A stretch of 64,000 nucleotides of DNA, from the NCBI GenBank assembly GCA_045807625.1, contig JBJMHA010000063.1:1481-65480 (forward strand), in the 5' to 3' direction. Every line of letters starts with the position of its first letter. Positions within the stretch are counted from its first letter, which is position 1. The position numbers and the translations under genes were made by a program. This DNA is from Thermoanaerobaculia bacterium (GTDB taxonomy: Bacteria; Acidobacteriota; Thermoanaerobaculia; Multivoradales; UBA5704). The notes beneath the pieces are model-generated. The model saw only the letters and a list, made by a program, of their open reading frames with translations, did no database searches and was not told the origin of the DNA. Positions 20,103 to 28,326 of the stretch are shown here, one piece after another.

Positions 20103-20262
20103 GTCCTGCCTGGCCTCCGAAGCCTCACCCCCTGGCCCCCTCTCCACTGCGTGGAGAGGGGGAAAATAGCCTTCCGATTTCGCCGACATCGATCTTCGGG
20201 CCCTCCCTCTCCACGCAGTGGAGAGGGACCGAGGGTGAGGCTTCGAAGGGCAGGACGGCCGC
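20103..20262. repeat. ~160-bp imperfect inverted repeat made of two oppositely oriented hairpin elements (each with the 19-bp palindrome ctctccactgcgtggagag)
   Basis: Arms cgaagcctcaccc...ctctccactgcgtggagaggg (20119-20160) and ccctctccacgcagtggagaggg...gggtgaggcttcg (20201-20247). Sits in the divergent slt / M23 promoter region. Confidence 0.6.
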
Positions 20263-20376
20263 AGGGCACAGAGGCGGGTAACAGGTTGAGTGCGGGTCGG
20301 TTATCATTGCGCCCGCTGTAGGTCGAAGGGTCCTGGAATTCTGGAAAGCTCCTAGATACAGAAAGAAGGTTCGTCG

Positions 20377-21774
20377 ATGGCGCGTCGGGATCGCGATGCT
20401 GGTCGGAAAGCCGCGGGGTGCTTCCTGCGGGTGTTGCTGGTGCTGGTTCTCCTCATCATCGTCGCCGGGGCGTTCGCCGGGTTCTACTCCGGCGCCACCC
20501 CGAAGCTTTCGGTCAAGCCCACCCTCGCGGGGATCGGCCGCCGGACCCCGGTCCAGATCCGGATCGACGACCCCCAGCGGGTCGAGAAGCTGCGCGTCGA
20601 AGTGGTCCAGAATTCGGACGTCAAGCCGGTGATGGAGAAGACCTTCGAGCCCCAGCCGGCGTGGAAATTCTTCGGCGCCCCCCCGCCGGTCACCCTCACC
20701 GCCGACATCGGCCGCGAGACGGTGCAGGGGCTGCGGGCCGGCGAGGCGACCATCCGGGTCACCGCCGAGCGCGCGGGCTCCCTCTTCCGCCGCCCCGACC
20801 CGGTGGTGCAGGAGGTCAAGCTGCCGGTGCGCCTGGCACCGCCGACGCTGCAGATCTCCTCCAGCTTCCACTACGTCAACCAGGGGGGCTGCGAGGCCGT
20901 GGTCTACCGGGTGGGCGACGGGGCGGTCAAGGACGGCGTCCAGTCCGGCGACTACTGGTTCCCGAGCTTCCCCATGCCGGGCAACGACAAGCAGATGCGC
21001 TTCGCCCTCTTCGCCGTCCCCTACGACATGACCGACGACTCGCGGGTCCACCTGGTCGCCGAGGACGAGGTGGGCAACCGCGCCGAGGCGAGCTTCATCG
21101 ACAAGTTCACCCCGCGCCCGATCACCACCGACACCATCCAGGTCACCGACACCTTCATGAACAAGGTGGTGCCGGAGATTATGGGGCAGTCCCCCGAGGT
21201 CGCCGATCAGGGGAACCTGCTCAAGAACTACATCGAGATCAACCGCAACCTGCGCAAGAAGAACGCCGCCGTGCTGACCGGCCTGGCCCACAAGTCGGAG
21301 CCCCGGTTCCTCTGGACGCAGCCCTTCCAGCCGATGCCCAACGCCAAGATCACCGCCGCCTTCGCCCAGCGCCGGACCTACCTCTACAACGGCCAGTCGA
21401 TCGACATGGAGGACCACCTGGGGTTCGACATGGCCTCGGTGACCCACGACGCCGTGCCGGCCTCGAACGACGGCAAGGTGGTGCTGGCGCGGTTCTTTGG
21501 GATCTACGGCAACGCGGTGGTCATCGACCACGGCTACGGGCTGATGAGCCTCTACGGCCACATGTCGCAGCTCGAGGTCAAGGAGGGGCAGATGGTGAAG
21601 CGCGGCCAGGAGCTCGGCCGCTCCGGCCAGACCGGCCTCGCCGGCGGCGACCATCTCCACTTCACCATGCTCCTCCAGGGGCTCCCGGTCACCCCCGTCG
21701 AGTGGTGGGACCCGCACTGGATCCAGGACCGCGTCGCGAGGAAGCTGGGCGCGGCGCTGCCGTATCACCCCTGA
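20377..21774 (+). CDS. M23 family metallopeptidase (LytM domain) with N-terminal TM anchor
   Basis: C-terminal HxxxD...DHGYGLMSLYGHMS...GDHLHFT LytM motifs. RBS gaaagaagg. Confidence 0.85.
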   Translation: MARRDRDAGRKAAGCFLRVLLVLVLLIIVAGAFAGFYSGATPKLSVKPTLAGIGRRTPVQIRIDDPQRVEKLRVEVVQNSDVKPVMEKTFEPQPAWKFFGAPPPVTLTADIGRETVQGLRAGEATIRVTAERAGSLFRRPDPVVQEVKLPVRLAPPTLQISSSFHYVNQGGCEAVVYRVGDGAVKDGVQSGDYWFPSFPMPGNDKQMRFALFAVPYDMTDDSRVHLVAEDEVGNRAEASFIDKFTPRPITTDTIQVTDTFMNKVVPEIMGQSPEVADQGNLLKNYIEINRNLRKKNAAVLTGLAHKSEPRFLWTQPFQPMPNAKITAAFAQRRTYLYNGQSIDMEDHLGFDMASVTHDAVPASNDGKVVLARFFGIYGNAVVIDHGYGLMSLYGHMSQLEVKEGQMVKRGQELGRSGQTGLAGGDHLHFTMLLQGLPVTPVEWWDPHWIQDRVARKLGAALPYHP

Positions 21775-21782
21775 GCCCGAAA

Positions 21783-21810
21783 GCGCGGGCCGGCGGCGAG
21801 CCGGCCCGCG
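21783..21810 (+). terminator. GC hairpin downstream of M23 peptidase gene
   Basis: gcgcgggccggcggcgagccggcccgcg, a perfect stem 9 nt after the stop. The same hairpin type recurs at 22618..22646. Confidence 0.4.
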
Positions 21811-21823
21811 AGGGTCCGCGACC

Positions 21824-21875
21824 CTAGTTGAAGGGGCTGCAGACGCAGAAGGCGTTGTTGGGACAGCAGAAGCTG
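21824..21875 (-). pseudogene. 3' remnant of a second copy of the Cys-rich peptide gene (encodes ...SFCCPNNAFCVCSPFN*), fused to the tandem repeat array
   Basis: About 95 bp (terminator hairpin plus the last ~16 codons) is near-identical to 22611-22705. Upstream of it the homology is replaced by the 82-bp repeats and there is no signal peptide. Confidence 0.45.
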
Positions 21876-22570
21876 CTTCCGTCGCCGCAGATCCGCGGAC
21901 TTCGGCTGGATGTCGGCCGACCTCGGGACTCTGTCGCGGTATCTGGCCCGATGGAAGCTTCCGTCGTCGCAGATCCGCGGACCTCGGCTGGATGTCGGCT
22001 GACCTTGGGACTCTGTCGCGGTATCTGGCCCGATGGAAGCTTCCGTCGTCGCAGATCCGCGGGCTTCGGCTGGATGTCGGCTGACCTTGGGACTCTGTCG
22101 CGGTATCTGGCCCGATGGAAGCTTCCGTCGTCGCAGATCCGCGGGCTTCGGCTGGATGTCGGCTGACCTTGGGACTCTGTCGCGGTATCTGGCCCGATGG
22201 AAGCTTCCGTCGCCGCAGATCCACGGACTTCGGCTGGATGTCGGCCGACCTTGGGGCTCTGTCGCGGTATCTGGCCCGATGGAAGCTTCCGTCGCCGCAG
22301 ATCCGCGGACCTCGGCTGGATGTCGGCTGACCTCGGGATAATGTCCGGGTATCTGGCCCGATGGAAGCTACAGTCGTTGTAGGTTTGCATACACGGGCAG
22401 GCTTTCAACTGGTCGCTGAACGCTGTCCCGGTATTTGGCGCGAAGGCGGCTTCCGTCGTCCCAGAGCGGGGTGCACCGGCGGGATTTATGCCGACTTGGG
22501 GACGAGGCGCCGGGATCTGGCGGATGGAAGCCTACCTCGTGAGAACGGAAGCTCCCGTCGGCTTCAGTAG
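21876..22570. repeat. Tandem direct repeat array, 82-bp unit, ~6 near-identical copies (21876-22368) followed by progressively degenerate copies
   Basis: Unit ...tatctggcccgatggaagcttccgtcgtcgcagatccgcgggcttcggctggatgtcggctgaccttgggactctgtcgcgg. Period measured at 21941/22022/22104/22186/22268/22350. Unit length is not a multiple of 3 and all frames are open. Confidence 0.8.
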
Positions 22571-22617
22571 GCCGATTTTAGGGTATGGGGAGGATGCTCG
22601 ACCCCTTGAGACAGATC

Positions 22618-22646
22618 GGCGCGGGCCGGCGGCACGCCGGCCCGCG
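22618..22646 (-). terminator. GC hairpin downstream of the Cys-rich peptide gene
   Basis: gcgcgggccggcggcacgccggcccgcg immediately 3' (minus sense) of the peptide stop. Confidence 0.45.
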
Positions 22647-22657
22647 GTGCCCCGCCC

Positions 22658-22834
22658 CTAGAAGGGGCTGCAGACGCAGAACGCGTTGTTGGGACAACAG
22701 AAGCTGTAGGTCGGGCAGACGATGAGGTGATACCCCGTCTTGCAGGTCGTCGGATCGGCCGACGCGGGCGTGGCCGCGTAGGCGGCCGCGAGCGCGGCCA
22801 GGGCGATTCCCAGAGACACGAGCCTCTTACGCAT
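22658..22834 (-). CDS. Small secreted Cys-rich peptide precursor (58 aa; Sec signal + 32-aa mature peptide with 6 Cys)
   Basis: Translation is MRKRLVSLGIALAALAAAYAATPASA|DPTTCKTGYHLIVCPTYSFCCPNNAFCVCSPF*. RBS GGAGG lies 7 nt upstream. The ORF is below the 60-aa track cutoff. Confidence 0.6.
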   Translation of the reverse strand: MRKRLVSLGIALAALAAAYAATPASADPTTCKTGYHLIVCPTYSFCCPNNAFCVCSPF

Positions 22835-23178
22835 GAGAGTCCTCCATAAGTATCGGGGGCCGGTGAGCCGGCCACCCCTTACTAAGGTGCTTCAGCTTCC
22901 CTCGATGTGGTCGCTCGGGATGTGACGTTTGCGCTGTCCACCCCGAAAGGCGGACCGGGCATCTCGGGGCTTGCGGAGGCGAGGGCGAGGGTGAGGGGAT
23001 TCCGCCTCCGAGAGCGTTCTCGTCACAGGGTCGCCAACGCGGCGTCCCATTATGATAGAGAATGGAGAAATACTATGGATATCCTGCTGCTGTTCCGCGT
23101 CACCGCCAACCACAACCAGACTTTGATCTCGGCCAGCCAGACCGTACGGATGGCCGGGTAAGGTAAAGCTTGATGGGA

Positions 23179-23214
23179 CTGCCGGGCGGCCCGCCCACGC
23201 GGGCCGCTCGGCAG
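23179..23214. terminator. Bidirectional GC hairpin between small + ORF region and VOC gene
   Basis: ctgccgggcggcccgcccacgcgggccgctcggcag. Confidence 0.45.
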
Positions 23215-23221
23215 TATCGGC

Positions 23222-23593
23222 TCAAGAGGCGAGAGCCTGTCCGATTCTGATGCGGTGGCCGTCGGGCGTAGTCAGCGAAAACTCGCGCATACCCCAAGGC
23301 TCCGTGGTGACCGGCCCGATTCCGGGAGCCAGCCCGGAGGCGAGGATTCGCGCGTGGTAGGCGTCGGCGTCGTCGACGCGCAGGTAGGCGAAGTAGTTGT
23401 GACAGCCAAGCTGACTCGCCTCCATGTCGTCCGGGCATTCGCCGAGCATGATCAGGCAGTTGTCCTTGCGAACGAAGATCCACCCCTCCGGTTCTGCCGC
23501 CACCTCGAACCCGAGGGCGTCGACGTAGAAGGCGGCCGATCTCCGCACATCGTGCACGGCAAGAACATAGTGGTTCTGGAGGACCGTCGGCAT
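23222..23593 (-). CDS. VOC family protein (glyoxalase/bleomycin-resistance fold)
   Basis: Starts at Met1 of ORF 23222..23593 (MPTVLQNHYVLAVHDVRRS). VLAVHDVRRSAAFYVDALGFEV...HRIRIGQ matches a VOC beta-alpha-beta-beta-beta module. Confidence 0.8.
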   Translation of the reverse strand: MPTVLQNHYVLAVHDVRRSAAFYVDALGFEVAAEPEGWIFVRKDNCLIMLGECPDDMEASQLGCHNYFAYLRVDDADAYHARILASGLAPGIGPVTTEPWGMREFSLTTPDGHRIRIGQALAS

Positions 23594-23671
23594 GATAAGA
23601 AACCTCGAGAGGTGTGATTTTAGATATCACCATCCTTTGCTCCAGCTTCCAACATTGCTTGCGGGTTACAC

Positions 23672-24421
23672 TCATGAGCTCCTTAAGTATTGGAGGGCTT
23701 CCTTGATCTTGCGGTCCAGTTCCTTCGATTGCATTATTTGATCGAATCCTCCGAACGCCAAGTCTTTCTTCAGGAACTCGGATGCGCGTTGAAGGCGTTG
23801 CATCTTGATCTTGTTGTCGCCCGCATCTTCGGCTTGCTGGTAGTAGTCGATCGCCATCAAATGGCTAATCCACGCGGTGCGCTCCGCGCAGTACCCCTTC
23901 TCGCGAAGGTAGCAGGCCACACTCTTTCCGTCACGTTCATTGGCAGGCAGATTAGGCTCGGCTTCGAGGTACCTGAAAAAGTGTTCACGCATTCGGTCGC
24001 GCGAGAAGTCTGAGCGTGTGGGATCCTGCTTCCCTTTTACTCGCCAGACTTCACCTGAAAAATACAGGCCATGACCGCTGTCATGGTCAGTCTGGAGCAG
24101 GATGGTTGCGGTGCTTGCGACGCATTCGAGGTTTTGGGTTCTGAGCCACTCCCTCATGGCTAATGCGCTGGACTTCACAATGGCCGACCTGTCAGGGCCG
24201 GCGCGCAGGATCTGGTTCCTGAGAGCTTCCGAAGAGCACTCTACGGGGCTCGGAGCACCATGCGGTTCGGATGATCCAGCTAAGGGGGGTGGAACCCTGT
24301 CGGGTGGAGAATGGGTTCTCCAATTCGAAAGGAGGGCAGCTCCTAACACGCCCACGACGCCAATCACCGCTAGCCAGATTTGCGTCTTGTTGTCTGGCGG
24401 TGGTTTCTTGAGAGATGCCAT
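23672..24421 (-). CDS. Membrane-anchored hypothetical protein (N-terminal TM, periplasmic domain)
   Basis: IWLAVIGVVGVLGAALL TM helix. Region GC is clearly lower than its surroundings. Confidence 0.55.
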   Translation of the reverse strand: MASLKKPPPDNKTQIWLAVIGVVGVLGAALLSNWRTHSPPDRVPPPLAGSSEPHGAPSPVECSSEALRNQILRAGPDRSAIVKSSALAMREWLRTQNLECVASTATILLQTDHDSGHGLYFSGEVWRVKGKQDPTRSDFSRDRMREHFFRYLEAEPNLPANERDGKSVACYLREKGYCAERTAWISHLMAIDYYQQAEDAGDNKIKMQRLQRASEFLKKDLAFGGFDQIMQSKELDRKIKEALQYLRSS

Positions 24422-24730
24422 CTCCGCTCCAATGTTGGAGGCCTAACCTCGGATTCAACCGCCGGCCGCCCAGACAGCACCCTTTAGCACCTACCGGACC
24501 AGAGAAGGCAATGGCCATTCATCCATCTTGTTCTCATGGCTTCACTTAAGACATCGTAAGCCAAGCCCGTATCTGCGTCAACACGCTCAATCAGGAATCT
24601 CAACGAGCAAGACCTTCAGCACGCGGCCGGCGGCTCGCTCAGGGCTAGCGACTGCGGCTCGGCTTGCATCTGCTCCGCCACGAACGTCTGCTCAAACTGC
24701 AAGCCCTGCCTTTAAAACCCTGAGACAGAT

Positions 24731-24754
24731 CCGCGCCGCCGGGCGTCGGCGCGG
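24731..24754. terminator. Rho-independent-type terminator (hairpin + T-run) downstream of the TA operon
   Basis: ccgcgccgccgggcgtcggcgcgg followed by tttctcc on + and by gatctgtctcagggttttaaag on -. Confidence 0.45.
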
Positions 24755-24797
24755 TTTCTCCCCCTCACCCGCGATTTGCTTTAACGCCAGGTGGGCT

Positions 24798-25322
24798 TCA
24801 GGGCAAATCGGCTAGAAGCTTCCGGACGTAGACCCGGAAGGCTGGACCTAGGTGAAGGGTGCTCTTCTCGAACAGCGCTTCAAACGCAGTTTCCATTTCA
24901 TCTCGGGAGATCGACCGGGCAGTATAGGCTCGGATCAGGACTCCGACCGTTCCCGTTACCGGGTTCCCATGCTTCTCCAGGAGACGGCGCAAGGCCAGAT
25001 CGTCCGTCAGCACGAGGGATCGGAACCCACTGGCCTGGGCAAGAGAGAAGACCTGGGCGTCGGCCGGTTGAATTCTCGGTTCGACATCACGTGCGACCTT
25101 TCTCCAGACTAGCGGCTCGACTCCCCGGACGGTAAAGGCGATCCCCACCTCCCGCAATCGCGCGGCTCCCAAGCCACGCGTCTCAAGCTCTTTCAGGACG
25201 AGATCGGGAAGGAGGAGAGGAGCTACCAGGCTGAGCGCTGTCAGCCTGCCGACTTCTTCAAGGTGTAATGCTGGTCCGGTGTCGCAGACGGCCTCAGGCA
25301 CCCTGCAGACCCCATGCGACAT
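24798..25322 (-). CDS. PIN-like domain protein (DUF3368-type), putative toxin
   Basis: N-terminal CDTGPALHL...LLLPDLVLKELE and LVLTDDLALRRL resemble PIN acidic motifs. Overlaps and follows a UPF0175 gene. Confidence 0.6.
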   Translation of the reverse strand: MSHGVCRVPEAVCDTGPALHLEEVGRLTALSLVAPLLLPDLVLKELETRGLGAARLREVGIAFTVRGVEPLVWRKVARDVEPRIQPADAQVFSLAQASGFRSLVLTDDLALRRLLEKHGNPVTGTVGVLIRAYTARSISRDEMETAFEALFEKSTLHLGPAFRVYVRKLLADLP

Positions 25323-25551
25323 CCCGCCGGAGCGCGTCCCGCTGGTACTCGATTTCCGCCAGCCGCTCGGGGCCGAGATCCCGCAAGGCTTTCTCGCGGG
25401 TCACCTTCCCGAGAAGGTAAGCCTCGATGAGCGCTTCCTGGTACAGGGCTTCAACGCCCGCCCGGAGGGCCCGGGCGAGCACCGTGGTCTCGTCCTGCCC
25501 CTCTTGGGCCATGAGGAAGTCCAGGTGCTCGGTTAATGTCTTGTCGCGCAT
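25294..25551 (-). CDS. UPF0175-family antitoxin-like protein
   Basis: 85-aa acidic helical protein (LDFLMAQEGQDETTVLARALRAGVEALYQEALIEAYLLGKVT) immediately upstream of, and overlapping, the PIN-like gene. Confidence 0.6.
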   Translation of the reverse strand: MRDKTLTEHLDFLMAQEGQDETTVLARALRAGVEALYQEALIEAYLLGKVTREKALRDLGPERLAEIEYQRDALRRDVAWGLQGA

Positions 25552-25598
25552 GAGGGTGTCTCCGGAGCCAGTCTAGCACCGGCTCCGGTGGGGGCCCC

Positions 25599-26387
25599 TC
25601 AACCCCGCCGCGCGATCTCGGCTTCGATCTCGGGGATGAGGACCGGGTTGGACGCGATCAGGCTGCTGAGGAGGGGCTTGGCGCGGTTGAAGCGGGTCTC
25701 CTCGGGGGCTCCGGTGACGATGGCCCCACCGGCCGCGAGGACCAGGGCCACCCCGGCCGCCACGTCCCACTCGTGCTTGGGGGTGAGCGTCCAGGTGGCG
25801 TCGACGAGGCCGGCGGCGACGAGACCCAGCTTGTAGGCCACCGAGCCCATCGGCTGGATCTCGAAGAGATCCTCGCGGTACCCCTCCCACTCCCCCCGCT
25901 TGACCTCGCTGCGGCTGGCCACCACCCGCGCCCCTTCGAGCGTCGGGCGGCCGCTCACCCCCGCCGGCTGGCCGTTGAGCGTCACCCCGGCGCCGCGGGC
26001 GCCGACGATCGTCTCCCCCGTCACCGGGTTGCAGATGCCGCCGGCCACCGGCTCGCCGTCCACCACGAGGCCGATCGAGACGCACCACTCGGGGATGCCG
26101 GTCACGAACTCGCGGGTGCCGTCGAGCGGATCGACCACCCAGACGCGCCGCCGCTCGAGGCGGATGAGGTCGTCCCGGGTCTCCTCGGAGAGCCAGCCGT
26201 CGCCGTCTCGCGGCAGCAACTCGCGCAGGAGGGTGTCGACCGTGGTGTCGGCCTCGGTCACGGGGTCGTCCCCCTGTTTGTGGCGGGCCTCGATCTCGCC
26301 GGGGGTGAAGCGCTGGAGCTCGGCGCGCGCCCGTTCCAGCGCCTCTTCGATCCGCGCGAGATCTTCGGCGTAAGCCCCTCGGCTCAC
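25599..26387 (-). CDS. cysQ: 3'(2'),5'-bisphosphate nucleotidase (CysQ / inositol monophosphatase family)
   Basis: WVVDPLDGT, EE..DLI metal-binding motifs and WDVAAG. Confidence 0.8.
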   Translation of the reverse strand: MSRGAYAEDLARIEEALERARAELQRFTPGEIEARHKQGDDPVTEADTTVDTLLRELLPRDGDGWLSEETRDDLIRLERRRVWVVDPLDGTREFVTGIPEWCVSIGLVVDGEPVAGGICNPVTGETIVGARGAGVTLNGQPAGVSGRPTLEGARVVASRSEVKRGEWEGYREDLFEIQPMGSVAYKLGLVAAGLVDATWTLTPKHEWDVAAGVALVLAAGGAIVTGAPEETRFNRAKPLLSSLIASNPVLIPEIEAEIARRG

Positions 26388-28177
26388 TTCGCCTCCAGGT
26401 TCCCGCCCACGTAGCCCTCGCGCTCGAGGTAGAGCAGGATCTCCTGCGCCGACTCCTCGGGGGAGAGCTTGGTGGTGTCGATCACCAGGTCGGCGTCGGC
26501 CGGCTCCTCGTAGGGGTCGGAGATGCCGGTGAACTCCTTGAGGATGCCGGCCCGGGCCTTGGCGTAGAGCCCCTTGCGGTCGCGCTCCTCGCAGACCTCG
26601 ATCGGGGTGGCGACGTGGACCAGCACGAAGCCGCCGCCGGGCTCGATCGCCGTCCGCACCTCCTTGCGCACGCTGTCGTAGGGGGCGATCGGGGCGCAGA
26701 TCGCGATGCCGCCGTTCTTGGTAATCTCGGAGGCCACGAAGCCGATGCGGCGGATGTTGATGTCCCGGTGCTCCTTGGAGAAGCTCAGCTCGGAGGAGAG
26801 GTTCTTGCGCACGATGTCGCCGTCGAGCAGGGTCACCGGCCGTCCGCCGGTCTCCATGAACTTGACCAGCAGCGCCGAGGCGATGGTCGACTTGCCGGAG
26901 CCCGAGAGGCCGGTGAAGAAGACGGTGAACCCCTGCTTGTGGCGCGGCGGATGGGTGCGCCGCAGCTCCTCGCCCACCTCGGGGAAGGTGAACCAGGACG
27001 GCAGCTCGCGCCCCTCCTGGAGGCGGCGCCGCAGCTCGGTGCCGGAGATGTCGAGGGTGCGGGCGCCGGGCGGGATCTCGTCCTGCGGCAGGTAGGTGTC
27101 GAGCTCCTCGACGTAGGAGACCATCTTGAACGGAACCATCTCGACGCCGAGCTCGCCCTGGTGCTTCTGGAGCAGCTCCTGGGCGTCGTAGGGGCCGTAG
27201 AAGGGCTTGCCCTGGCGGTCGGAGCCGGGGCTGGCGTGGTCGCGGCCGACGATGAAGTGGGTGCAGCCGTAGTTCTTGCGGATGAGGGCGTGGAGCATCG
27301 CCTCACGCGGGCCGGCCATGCGCATGGCGAGCGGCAGCAGCGAGAGCTTGGCCGTGTGCTGCGGCAGGCGCGGCAGCACCGCCTGGTAGCAGCGCACGCG
27401 GGTGTAGTGATCGATGTCCCCCGGCTTGGTCATGCCGACGGTGGGGTGGATCAGCAGGTTGGCCCGCACCTCCTTGGCCGCCCGCAGGGTGAGCTCGCAG
27501 TGGGCGCGGTGCATGGGGTTGCGGGTCTGGAAGGCGACCACACGGCGCCACCCCTCGCGGGCGAACTCGGCGCGCAGCTCCGCCGGCGTCTGGCGCAGGG
27601 CGCGGAAGTCGTAGTGGACGGGGAGCTGGACCCCCTCCAGCCGGCCGCCCACGGCGACGCTGTTGGTCTTCTGGAGCAGGTGAGCCACCCCCGGATGGTC
27701 GGTGCTGGTGGTGCCGAAGGTCGCCTGGGCGCTCGCCTCGCGGTCCGGCTCCCAGATCTCCTCGACGTGGAGGACGGCGAGCATCACCCCCTCGGGGTCG
27801 CGCAGGGCGAGGCGGCCGCCCACGCGCAGCTTCTCGGCCGCCTGCGGGGTGACGTCGAGCAGGACGGGGATCGGCCAGAGGGTGCCGCCGGCGAGCCGCA
27901 TGCGCTCGCACACGGAGTCGTGGTCGGCCTTCTTCATGAAGCCGGTCAGCGGCGAGAAGCCGCCGTTCAGAAGCAGCTCGAGGTCGCAGAACTGGCGCGG
28001 GGTGAGGTCCCAGGAGGGCCAGTCGCGGGAGGCGGCCTTGAGCTCGGCGGCGCGGTCGGCGTCGACCAGGAGGTCGATCAGCTCGCCACCGTGCGGCTCG
28101 ATAAGGTGACTCACGGCGCCATCGCCGGGGCGGTCGCGCTCGGGTTGCGGTACGGGGAAAACGGAGACATTCGACAT
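26384..28177 (-). CDS. sat/cysC: Bifunctional sulfate adenylyltransferase / adenylylsulfate kinase (PAPS synthase; Sat-CysC fusion)
   Basis: ATP-sulfurylase motifs (QTRNPMHRAH, GRDHAS) plus a C-terminal APS kinase P-loop FTGLSGSGKSTIA. Start MSNVSVFPV. Confidence 0.9.
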   Translation of the reverse strand: MSNVSVFPVPQPERDRPGDGAVSHLIEPHGGELIDLLVDADRAAELKAASRDWPSWDLTPRQFCDLELLLNGGFSPLTGFMKKADHDSVCERMRLAGGTLWPIPVLLDVTPQAAEKLRVGGRLALRDPEGVMLAVLHVEEIWEPDREASAQATFGTTSTDHPGVAHLLQKTNSVAVGGRLEGVQLPVHYDFRALRQTPAELRAEFAREGWRRVVAFQTRNPMHRAHCELTLRAAKEVRANLLIHPTVGMTKPGDIDHYTRVRCYQAVLPRLPQHTAKLSLLPLAMRMAGPREAMLHALIRKNYGCTHFIVGRDHASPGSDRQGKPFYGPYDAQELLQKHQGELGVEMVPFKMVSYVEELDTYLPQDEIPPGARTLDISGTELRRRLQEGRELPSWFTFPEVGEELRRTHPPRHKQGFTVFFTGLSGSGKSTIASALLVKFMETGGRPVTLLDGDIVRKNLSSELSFSKEHRDINIRRIGFVASEITKNGGIAICAPIAPYDSVRKEVRTAIEPGGGFVLVHVATPIEVCEERDRKGLYAKARAGILKEFTGISDPYEEPADADLVIDTTKLSPEESAQEILLYLEREGYVGGNLEAK

Positions 28178-28326
28178 GCGGTTCCTCGCGATTGGATCGG
28201 GTTCAGGGGGTACGACGAGACCGGACGGCGATTCAAGATCGGCGCCAACCTGGCCGGGAGCGCGAGCGAGCGCCCGCACTCAAGGGTGCGGTGCGGGCCC
28301 CAAAAGGTGACAGGACTATAACCGGG

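Noticed and set aside
21824-22408. Long ORFs across the repeat array (21824..22408 minus, 21828..22166 plus, 22033..22341 plus, and others) as protein-coding genes
   Set aside because: The 82-bp period shifts frame every unit and all frames are open. The 'proteins' are the same repeat read in three frames. These are GC-rich non-coding repeats, apart from the short 3' peptide-gene remnant.
21876-22570. Tandem array considered as a CRISPR locus
   Set aside because: The units are about 82 bp and nearly identical end-to-end. There are no alternating variable spacers and no cas genes nearby, so this is a plain tandem direct repeat.
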